Below, piece after piece: positions 38,901 through 50,481 of a DNA stretch of 64,000 nt; position 1 is the stretch's first letter; every line of letters starts with the position of its first letter. A program made the translations under genes and the position numbers. This DNA is from Balanoglossus misakiensis. Taxonomy: Eukaryota; Animalia; Hemichordata. The stretch is taken from positions 2,761,162 to 2,825,161 of the forward strand of contig CM082598.2 of assembly GCA_040954595.2 (NCBI GenBank), written 5' to 3'. The notes beneath the pieces were generated by a model that saw nothing but the letters and a program-made list of their open reading frames with translations, was not told the DNA's origin and did no database searches.

Positions 38901-40667
38901 AAAACACTCAAATATTTCGCGATCATGAATGGGTATAGACTAACAGAGTGGGCAGAAGACCAATAATAGCGACACCCTGCGCTGTCTTTTCCAACAAACA
39001 ATGGTTAGAATTTCAATCGTCGACTTACAAAATCACACACACTATAAACCGTGTATTTAAACCAAGTCGTGCTTTAAAAGCAATATTAACTTCATCCAAG
39101 CGAAGTTTACAGTCTGAAGCTGTGAATTTGTTTTCTAGAAACATGTTAAAGTGCCTGTAATGAACAGTGTTCTCAAGTTTCCTATATCAATTTATGATCT
39201 TTACGCGTCAGGAATCATGGACTCTGAACTTGGACGCTGGCGTTGCTAGGGGATACTACAAGCATGTAGACGTGAACTGTAGTCTGCATATAACTGGGAC
39301 GCCCGGTTGCTAAGAAGCGTTCAAACGAACTAGACGGCAATTGTCTACTTCCAGGCGTTGATTTTCTCCAACGGTAATATTTACTCGGAACATTTTGTAC
39401 TCTGTGTGTGGGCCTGGGCCGGGGTGTAATGAATGGGTTAGAGTTTACCAAACTGAAAGACCACGATCTACAGGCGACATATGTTCCTTTCTGTTCATCG
39501 ACTGTCGAAAATTAGCGTATGGTGGACATTTTAAACAGAATGGTAGCTAAAACTCAGAAACGGTTGCCATGGTGCGGCACAGATAGACCGTAGATACCGA
39601 CTCATCTACAGGCACGCTAAGGGCCTTTGTCAATACGATTCCACATTCACCTGCAGAAGTTCAACAAGGGTCAGTCCCGTTGCTACGGCATCTTCAAAAG
39701 GAAGGCCGTGGTCGTTAAGTGCTCAGGCGATTTGATTGAATCAGCGTTGTACTATTGTTAGGATGTTCTGGTGGGTGCGTTTAATATAACTGTCAAACCG
39801 CGCGCACCGTACAAACTTACAATCCTGTCAAGACACGAATGTTGTGGAAAGGTCTACATTTTTCGAAGATTTGCCACAAGATGGCGCAATTCGATGTATG
39901 CATCGATCAAGTGCGCCCTCAGAAGGACGTTAAATAGGCATATACATGCTGTTGTTTTTCTCTACCCATATTAGGCGCAACGACAACCCAATATCTCAGA
40001 CGACAGTTTGGGAGAACCGTGTTCAACACTAGTACATCTGTACATATTATATGGAACAATACGTACAATACGTATTGATGCATGTCTTGATAAAATCGCC
40101 ATGCCCCAACCATTTTTTTGCTATCATTTTTGAGGCAACAGCATACCCAGTAAAATTGAAGTACAGTCAATTTTACGCAGAAGAATACATTCACATATTG
40201 AGATATTGAGGGGTGTAATTTGTGTGCATGCCATGGGTTTTGAGTTTGAAAAAAGAGTAAAATAAGCTTACAGTTTCTTGAGCTTGTCTTTGTCTTTGGG
40301 TTGGTTCTTCAAAATCCGCTTGCACAGAGAACACAAACATAATCCTGCTCCTTTGCAGCTGGGAGATATGTACTGTATGTTTTGGCAAAATGACCGGAAC
40401 TGTAGGTGATGCAGAACGGCCGCGGAAAACTGCGACAAAAAGTCAGATGAACAATTCTCAGAAAGCAAGAAAGCCGTTTTCTGTCGCTTTACAAACAGAG
40501 AGAGAGAGAGGGGGGGGGGAGGGGGAGAGAGAGACAGAGAGAGACAACCAGACAGACAGACTGACTGACAGATACAATACACATGTAGATAGATACGGAG
40601 GCATAAACATAAACATGTACAAGCTTCGTTCAAAGTTTGAAGGGCAAAACACTGAGACATTTCATTG

Positions 40668-40668
40668 T

Positions 40669-40739
<71 letters not shown>
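40668..40739. repeat. (CAT)n microsatellite
   Basis: Directly visible. Confidence 0.97.
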
Positions 40740-41796
40740 GAAGTGATATCTAGCGGGTAGGAAAACATCGCCTACGGAACTCGACTGGTTGTACGAGTGA
40801 TCGACGAAGCTCGGCAGTACGTACACTCGGACACGCCCCCTTCCCCGACTCGCGCCCGTGTCGAACCGAATTTATAATCATTTGGTGTGAAATAACGATA
40901 GCCCCCGTTCTATAATATTTATAGAGTATAACACTCACCAGAATTTGTGTGCAAATCCCGAATATGAGCCCTCTCCGTGGAATATTTACAACAGGACCGA
41001 CCGCACATCCCGGCCGGTCGCACGTGTACTTCCACGTGTAATGTTCGAACTTCGTGCCAGATTCATCAGGCTCGTACGATGCGTAACAGACCCCAGAAAA
41101 GGAGATTAAATTTACTAAGCGCGTAGATTTCCGTAGATATAGAGTACGTTTCTAAACTTTGTATGATAACTTTAAATAATATATGTGTTTATGTAAAATG
41201 GTTCTTAAAGAGATGGAGCAGGGTGACTTAAATGTATTGAAAAATAACTGCACGGTACGAGCCTGTTATGTTTGTTTACAGTGATGGCGTCACTGTGAGC
41301 GCACGAATGTGGTCTGGTACACGCTTTTTGATTGGCTGATCTCGAATTCGACTGCAGGAGCGCAGTCTCGCTCAGAAATTGTTCGCAAGCGATGCAGAAA
41401 TACGAAAAAGATTTTATACAACAACAGCAACAACAACCAATACTTCTACGAATAATAATAATACAGTTTATTCATTTTACACCAACCATCGGATGCTATT
41501 AGTAAGCCTACCCAATGAACAGAGTATTTTGCCTGTGGATGGAGTCATACGTTGTCACGAAATTTATCCTATGGACGGCGTTTTTTTTTTGAGAGCCTCA
41601 CCTCTCATTCTAACACATGTAAATCAACATTCTACGTCGCTTGGACCATTAAAGGCACACTGTCACCACTATAAACATAGATACAAATATCACGTTATTA
41701 AACAAGTTCTTTAAAGTTCATTATGTCAAGATTAAATTTGCTCTTGTTTGGCACTAATTTATAGATAATTATTTGCACTTGGTTTGGAGTTCGACA

Positions 41797-42951
41797 TCAA
41801 ACAGAAAACTGGACCCTTTTGGATTTTTTCGTCTCATCGTCTGACGTCATAGGGGAGTTATTGTGGAGAGTGGTCGCTGCGCTGTCTGGCCTCTCGGGTT
41901 GCAGGGCGACTTTGAAACAGCAGTCGCAATTTGGCGGGCATTTTCTCTGTTCTGGTGTCACCCAGACTGCGTCTTGAGGTCGTAGGAAGATCGAACGCAG
42001 TCCTGGGGAACGGCGGACTATCCTCGACTGTGGTCTGTCCATGTACGGGTGGTTGATTCCCTCCATGCTCCACTGTCTGTGCAGCGACTGGGCCGCGCTC
42101 GACTTCTTCTTCTTCGCGTTTCTCACCGACTGGGGCCTCTTGGACGCGAAGTCGTCTGCCATGCCCAGCTTCTTGCGCAGCGCTCTGAACATGTCTTCCT
42201 TGGAACGGAAACCGTCGTCTGCTGCTTTCGACCTCAGTCGTGTTTTGGCCAACGACGACGGCTCGGCACTTGAGCTGCGCACAGTTGACGCCGCGTCGGT
42301 TGCTGTCCCCTGGACGGAAGAAGATGGCCGATTTCCGGCGTCATTCCCCGCCTGCTGCAGCTGCTGCTGCTGCGCATGCGGCGTCAACTGCAGAATGTTC
42401 AATCCGGGCAACGAAGAATAGCTGTCAGAACGCGACAAATTCGATTTACTGATGCGGGATAAGGTTTTCGGCCTCTCGGTTTGTCCGCCGAAACTGTGTG
42501 ACCTGGGCGCCATGTTGGGCAATGCATTAGTCCTGGCCGATTCGGGAGTTTTCGGTTTACCCTCGGCTGCGTTGCCTAGTACCTTCTCTCCTTGCAGAAC
42601 GATGTTACTTGGCGACGATTGCGCGTCTTCGGTCAAATTAAAGTTCATTGCGTCGACCCCGGGATACACGCGACTCAAACTCTGCGTTTTCTGCGGGAAA
42701 GACTTCTTCTGTCTCTGATATCTGTACATTGTGTTCTTCGCACCAAACTTGGTGTCGAGTTCGGCCTGTCGCATGGCGTAGAATTCCACGCTATTGTTCA
42801 TGCTACGCCGCGTCAGCTCCGTCTTCGCCGACAGCGTTGGCGAGGGGGAATACAGCGAACTTGTACTCGCTCTGGCCGGTATAAACGTCGCCTTCAAACT
42901 TGACTCCCAGTGGGGGAGACCCGATCGCCCCTTGGATTCCAAAGAGGCCAT
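41797..42951 (-). CDS. Uncharacterised 384-aa basic Ser-rich protein, single coding exon, with CPPNCDCC and C-terminal KKSKRVQFSV
   Basis: GC-rich ORF with first ATG at 42951 (attATGG) and a candidate acceptor ttttaacgctag at 42984-42983. Confidence 0.85.
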   Translation of the reverse strand: MASLESKGRSGLPHWESSLKATFIPARASTSSLYSPSPTLSAKTELTRRSMNNSVEFYAMRQAELDTKFGAKNTMYRYQRQKKSFPQKTQSLSRVYPGVDAMNFNLTEDAQSSPSNIVLQGEKVLGNAAEGKPKTPESARTNALPNMAPRSHSFGGQTERPKTLSRISKSNLSRSDSYSSLPGLNILQLTPHAQQQQLQQAGNDAGNRPSSSVQGTATDAASTVRSSSAEPSSLAKTRLRSKAADDGFRSKEDMFRALRKKLGMADDFASKRPQSVRNAKKKKSSAAQSLHRQWSMEGINHPYMDRPQSRIVRRSPGLRSIFLRPQDAVWVTPEQRKCPPNCDCCFKVALQPERPDSAATTLHNNSPMTSDDETKKSKRVQFSV

Positions 42952-45610
42952 AATCACATACAAAAAACGCCAGCCAATGTTTCTAGCGTTAAAACCCGCT
43001 TCACAGCAATTTCGACGTTGACATAAGATCCTGATCGTTCACTAAGTCCTTTTCAAATTCGTCTTGTAGACAGAAGGATAATGTTGCGACACCATCGCCA
43101 GGAGTGTCCATTGTAACAAGTGTCGCGTCGCAGATACTCTGGTTAAACACGCCAAAAGTCTCGCTCCACTGCGCAAACTCAATACAAGGTACAGGTAATA
43201 TGGGGCTAATGTGTCAGATTCCGTCACACATGGAATCATAAATTAACCGACGAACGCAACAGGGCAGTCATATTACTCGAGCTTGAAAGCTCACCCCGTT
43301 CCTGAGTGACGAGACACGACGCTACCTTATTCCGTTACCACCCCACACCGCTGGGACTTCAGGGAGGATTGCTGACTTGCGTGAAATTGCCGTCACTTTC
43401 ACATGTAGTCACGCCGACAGCTGAAATAAAAACAGACGAGGACAAAAGTTTTATTTTTTGTACTTCTGCAACCAACAGGCGCGTCGGAACAAAACAGCCC
43501 CCTCACAAGACAATCACATCCAATGAAAGTGGTCATTATGGTCCCAGATATTAAATTGCACATAAACAGTTACTGGGGTTATAGATGAAAACAATACAAG
43601 GCGTGACCTGTGAATTGAGAAGTCAATTAAAACCACAAAATTTGCGAGCTGGGTGAAATACGACTGTTTTAATGCGATGACACATCGTTACCATTTCAAC
43701 ACCTGGTCTGGGATAGGGCCAAAAGTCGCTCACGTGACCAAGTGATTCGTCGCCAGGAAGTTTCAAAACGAATACTGATGTTCCTTTTCTTACCGACACA
43801 AAACGAAATGGTAGGGCGGTGGTTCGCTACTTGCAGAACAGAGCTGAAGAAAGGCAATCTATTGTCAGGAAGACATCAATGAGTCCTGGGGTCTCGATTG
43901 TAAAGCTTTTGTATACGCGACGTTTGTGTGTCTGGCGAGAAATGTCCCCAGCTTCGGTCATCCAAGACGAAGACCCATAAGATTAAAGTCCACTCTAAAT
44001 TTAGTATAAACCACTTTAAAACACGACTTGCTACTTCAAAATGATGTCAGATCTGAATTGTACTTAGTATTGCCATCTCCAAACAATTATAACTGCTAGA
44101 ATCGCCATGCAACAACTGAAAAGTGTTACCACAAGCAACGTGTGTATTAAAACAGATATTGAATTGGTTCAACATTTGAACACAGCATATATACAGGACA
44201 AGGGATCTGGACTTGTACTCACAGACATGTGCCAGTTAGAAACTTCAGGCTACAAAGGATGGTCCTGTTACCAACAGAGCTCAAAACTGGTGTAATACGG
44301 GTGCATTTAGCACCCGTAGATATAGATGAGTACCTCGTACGATGCTGGTTATCGCGCGCAACTCAAGACTCTCTACAGCCGTGACAGAACCACTATGGAT
44401 CCCGCAGTCAAACAATGTGTTGTCTGCTCGCAGCTCAGTGACATAAATCCTGCTGCAGCCGATCGATCAAGGGTCGCCCGCGGGTATGCAGAAATCTTAA
44501 ACCCAGCAGACGACAATTATCGGACTGACAAATTTTTCAGAGTCTTTCACGAATGTTCATAACGCTGTCAGCGCGAACGTTTCTCGTTACGAGGCGAAGA
44601 CGTTCCTTCAGAATAAAGATATGTTGACAACAAACTGATCCATCCACACACTCTGGGCGGGTCGTCAGGGGTTAAATCTGTGAACAATACACTTGTTGTC
44701 ACGATAAACAAACAAACGAGTTTAAAATGCAATCCACAGCCCGTCTGTGTGTTATACAACCACTTCAAATTGGCCAGAGTACATACAATGAACTGTCTGC
44801 GATTCAAACATGATCATTTAGTTGCAATCCTAGAAACCGCGTCGACGAAATGACTTTATGCCTCGGATTTATGACTTCTGGTTGAACTAATTCTGCACTG
44901 GGGCTGCCTTTTTCAACAGACGACAAAAAGTGCACAGGAACGACACAATTTGTAAATAGGTTAAAATCCCCTGAGACATTCCAAGCAAAGAATCTACGTT
45001 CCTCTGGTAACGCCTTTCAATACATTTGTACCAAGAGAACGCCACACAATAACACATCATGACATATAAACAAACAGCTCCAGGCGACAAAATAATGACC
45101 AGAACTCAAATCATAGTGTACGAGCTATACACTAAACTGACAATATTTTGGAAGATGTATGACATTACATTGTACAGTATCTGTAAATTCTGCCCTTTTT
45201 GTCTTGTTTATTCAATGGCGATATCTTGGTAGTCAGAAATTGTGATGGTCAACTTATAAAATTGGTTCACATTTTGAAATAAAATTACCTGCTTATAGAG
45301 ATAATTAAAACAATTCCCAGTGAGACCACGGACTGATAGATTTGGTATATGCACGTCAAAACATGTTGTCTACGGTCAGATTGACAATGGAGTCTGATCG
45401 ATCAGTTGATATCGCCTGACAAACTGTCGCTTGGCAAAATGTCAAATTGTACAAAAAAGTAATCGGAACGATAGAATGGAATTTGCAAATTAAAAATCTA
45501 ACTGAACAAACAATAATGGACCTTCAAGCCCATGAAAACATGATTCAGAAATTAGGCACTTTAAATTGAACTATGATACACAAACTCTTGGCCTGTTTCC
45601 TACAGTACTA

Positions 45611-45686
45611 TACTGTACTGTACTGTACTGTACTGTACTGTACTGTACTGTACTGTACTGTACTGTACTGTACTGTACTGTACTGT
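45611..45686. repeat. (TACTG)n pentanucleotide microsatellite
   Basis: Directly visible. Confidence 0.97.
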
Positions 45687-46656
45687 TTGTGTCATAGCAA
45701 CATTGTCAGTACAGTATGCAGTACAGCTAGTACAGAAATAAAGATCTTTGCTGTCGTATCAACTGGACAAAGATATCCTATCGCATCTTTAAATTGGATT
45801 GAAGACGAACACGTAATCAACAGATACAAACGTCACATAGCAAGCTGGATTTTAACTTCGGCAGACGTGTGTTGCCACAGCTACGGCAAAAAAAATTACA
45901 AATGGCGACCTAGATGCGGCGGCAACCTCACTGACCTAATATATAGAAGGATAATTATGCTTTTCTTTTCGGTTAAAGTGGTTGAACAGATTAAATGGTT
46001 GATTTTTTTCATCTATTTTGAAATAATCGCGGGTTTGGTGGTTTCCTATCAACGACGATATTATCAGTGTACATATGTACATACAACTTATATACGTACG
46101 TATTAATACTGGAGAGACGCGGTACTTATCGTAAATGACATCCAAACACTGCTTACACCAGGAATCATGTCTGATCTGTGATAATTCCCCCAGACACGGC
46201 AACGGCGTCCTTCCCAGCGAAGGTTTCGCTTAAAAGCTTCAAAAAGCCATTGGGAGTTAATTTTCGATTAGTTCGACAAGAGATAGACAACAGGAACGAC
46301 AGCCCACACTTCGAAGCAAATATCTCTATGGAAATGCTGCTCGGTTATTCAGTTTACAGTGTTGGCAAGGTCGAAGGCCATTAAGTCACACACTATGCAT
46401 AATTGCAACGTCTTAATTGCTATCAGGGAAGGTTCGACCTATCATCGATTTCCAATCTATATTAAAACTTTCAGTTGGTTGCTCGAAACGAAATTATGTA
46501 CACATCAGTGACAGATTTGAATTTTGACGTTAAGTATTTCATTTTGAAGTGGGTTCGGGTATTTTGTCAATAGAGGTAAATGTTCAATGTCAATTTCATT
46601 AGCCGATAAAATTTACTTTACTGCGAACGTGAACCAACGCCAGTTTACTTACTTCC

Positions 46657-46670
46657 GTTTCCATAGCAAC
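46657..46670. promoter_or_regulatory. Consensus RFX X-box GTTTCCATAGCAAC
   Basis: Matches the X-box consensus GTHNYY-AT-RRNAAC. It lies ~3.7 kb upstream of the 384-aa minus-strand ORF and ~3.8 kb upstream of the methyltransferase ATG. Confidence 0.45.
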
Positions 46671-49600
46671 ATCAATTTTCCACATCCGGTGTATATATAC
46701 GCTGTCCGCCGTGTAGTGTCCGCGGCCTATGCCAGCACAAATTTGCGAGTAATATTTGTCCGCTGAAATTCTTTTTTTTTTCGTGTTTTGTTTTTTGGAC
46801 ACTGGAATATATTTCAATATATAGACTTCTGAGGACATAGCCAGTAGCTTTAGCGCTACTTGCAATTGCATAATGAACTTCCCCCAAAAGGCCAGCAAGA
46901 AACGCGTCAATTAAAGAAGGAATCGTGCAAACAGAGACAGACATATTTCAAAACCACTCAGGGCGCTGTGTATAGTTGACAGGTCATTGGGAGATCCGAT
47001 CTCCGTGATGCAAAACAATTCATCCACAAAGCACAGTTATTGATTTCCCGTTCCCAATCGAAGGAATCTGGAAGCGATAAGCAGCTCTGGAATGGAATGC
47101 GGATCGAAGGAATGGAAATCCCAGTTTAGATTTATAACAAAGAATGGGATTTAATTACAAGTAATCTTGTGTGACGGGTACAGGGTGTAAATTGTGGAAA
47201 TACCTTTCGAAGTTTATTGAATGGGTCTAGACAAACTTTCACTCAATGATAGGTAGATCTTACACTTGTGGTTGGTCACATAGTGTACAGAATATGCCCA
47301 ATGGTCTCATATAGCCACAGTTACCAAAACGTAGAGGTATTCCATGTCATGCATGTATATTCACACACTCAAAATTTATGTGATGGAGACATTTTTCACC
47401 GGAAGCATCCACTTTCACTAGAGGATTTGAATACGACCGTTTATGTCGAGTCAAATATCATGGTGCATTTTAAGTAATTGGATTGAAATAGGCCTAAGCG
47501 TATCAGAAAAAAATGCACACATCAGCTATGGCCGCCAATAACCCTTTCAAAGTACATAACGTAGACCCTCGTTGACATCTATGTTGTGAAAGTCGGAATA
47601 CAGTACTTTCCCTATACGCACGCACACTCCCGTGATATGTATAATTAATTAATCAATTTCCATTTTGACGTGAGGTCGTGCTGGGTCCGAGGCGAGAAAT
47701 CGACAATTGAATATTTGGCAGCGCGTCTGTGAGAAACCAACACAGCGCGTAAGTGAAGAAATCAACACAGAAATGAATCGCGAGTTAAGGATTTGATGAA
47801 TGTGAAAGATAAAACGTCCATACCTGGCTCAGCAAACGGCATGCCATGTATATTTTAACTGCGCATAGTGTCCCGTCCAGCGTGCAATAAGCAAGCGTCG
47901 AGCGTCGTTTTCTGGTCAATCAATTAAGAAGGACAGGTGACAACCATCTTGAATCGACGCTATTGGCTGGAGTCAGTTCTGGAGCGAAAACCTGCTACTA
48001 ACACGGACCGACGTGTTCTCAGCGGACAGTCATTGCAGACTGGACCGGCGAAGCAGACTTTGGGAATGGGATTGAGGTTATTTCAGTGGGCGCCATGGCA
48101 ACTAGCGGTAGAGGTCACCGAAAAATCGATGACGCGGTCGGGTCACGTTGATTAGCATCATGAACCGCGCAGTTGTTTTACAAGCTACTCGTAAATTCAT
48201 TGATCAGTAATAGAGCTGTCACGACCGCGTGGGGATGTCTACTTCCAGCCCGTTATATTCCCATTGCACTAGACTACAGAAAACATTGACGTTTCCATCC
48301 GCGTTTGCGTTCTGTCGTTGTCTCATCGAGGTTTTTCGGCGTTTTGCAAACTTTCCAGAGTTCGAAAAGTTAATTACAGGCTATAAAACGTTCGATCGAT
48401 AAACGATAAAAAAACACACATCGAGTGCAATGCGGTCTCGTCATGTTTTCCCTTGGCTGGTTCACACAAACGTGATCAACGGAGACTTTATTCAACAAGA
48501 CGTTACTGTATAAACTGTGTTAAAACTCCTGTTTTCTTGACTAATATGTAATAAATCTTTCGTTTGCTCATATTGCCAGCAGACTATCGTGGCAACGTCA
48601 AGGGCCAGTGGATTTCCACAGTGTCAGTGTCACAGAATCACGAATCGATATTTCAAATTAGCGTTCTCTAACGAGCGCGCTACTGTCGTTTTATGAAGTT
48701 GTATTCCAACACGTTTATGTGTCGTTCGTCGTAAGGGGCGCCATGCGGCGTGGAAAGAGCAACGCCATGAACGCCCTCAGTGGTCGACCGGAAGAAATAT
48801 TGTCGTGTAGAATAACATAAACGGTGTCTTGTATCAAACATAATTAATGGGAAAAAGGCATCGAGAGAGAGAGACTTTGTTCCTTTTAACAAATGAATTC
48901 TAGTCCGGACTTGAATTCAAATTTTCCACAATAACAATGCAGACTATAAACATACAGGATGTGTCAAACGCCGATATTTTAAGAATTTGAACAAAAGAAT
49001 GCAGTAGATACACACAACAAAAAATAATGAAAACATTGCAGCTAATGGAGTTTTAAACTCGCACAATAGGTGGCCTTTATCGTCATTAAAATAACGTTGT
49101 CTTGTCTTGCTTTCTTCCGGGATAAAACATGTTCAAACCGTCACGTGTGATAATGTGATTAGCCTAGACCAAATGATTTCAGTGAGTAGTATTTAAAAAC
49201 CCTTGTTGGTTGAGGGGCCGGGGTCACCCATTGTAGCTTACCTACCCCGACATGACGTCACCTTCATTCATTTGCAACTAAACAATGGCCGCTTTAGCCA
49301 AAGTCTGGGGCAAAGCTAAAATCTTGATGGGATGTTGGGATAATAGGATCGGAATGGTTTGTCAAAAATTAATTTAAAAAATATGCTACCAGGCTGTAAT
49401 ATCCCTACAGGTTAAAATCGATAGCTTAACTTAAACAACTCTACCAGCTGTGAAATTAAGTTTATCTCATAATTGTTCAAAATATCCAGTCAAATATAAG
49501 TTTTGGGATCGTAATGCAGTATAATAAAATGAATATTTGCAAAGCTTCAGCATCATAGCAAAATGTCTCAGTACACTAACGAATATACCAACTATTCCAT

Positions 49601-50481
49601 CATCTATCTATTTTTAGTTAAGTATGGAAATGAAATGAAGCTGGCGACCAATCAGAGGAATGCCTTTGTATCTATCCGACAAAGAAATTGTTACGTATCC
49701 GGCACGCATGGGCGATGTATACCGCTTCATCGGGCATAAATTCTCAGTACAGGGTTTTGCTGCCAATACCACTCCTTGCCTCCGAGAAAGTTCGTCATCA
49801 ATCTCGAAGTTCTTCAAGGAAAGCATAGCATATTTGATATCAAACGGTAGGATATTTATGATTAGGATAATTACTTTTATATGTAATGTCATCGCGTTAA
49901 CGCGGTGTTACGTGTTCCGGATTTTGCTTTTACAACCTGTCCGTCACTTTTATCCGTTGTCGCTTGAAATCTCTTATTTTTTCCCCACACGTTGCTGGAC
50001 TGACACTCTGACACCGAGACTGCCACGAACATGCATGGCTAATTATAGCCATGCAGTTGGCCAATTGTAAAAAATAACCACTTTTCTAATAGCTGGTTGA
50101 CTTCGTTACGTTACACAGCACACACAACGCTGGTTCCAGACATGGAAATGAGCCCATCCCAGTCAGCTCATTAATGACTTTAGCGATGAATAAACTAGTC
50201 ATGGCCGTCGTGTGTGACCTCGCTCTATTGAAAAATAGGCCTAACTCCAAATTAAATGCGAACCCTTAATGCACGCACATGACACTGTAGAGTCCCATGC
50301 GACAACAGACTTATTTTGGGTTGCAACGGATTTTGGACGTGTTCAACATTTTCCGGTAAACAATTCACGGAACCTTTCAGCTATAGTATATGGATACTTA
50401 ATCCAATAACTGATACACAACAGATCGATACAGATTAATCGATGACTTGTTTCCGTTTTAATCAGAGACGCAGCAGCAGCA

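Noticed and set aside
40191-40470. Small minus-strand exon-like segment (ADFEEPTQRQRQAQET)
   Set aside because: It is too short, no partner exons were established, and it has no recognisable homology.
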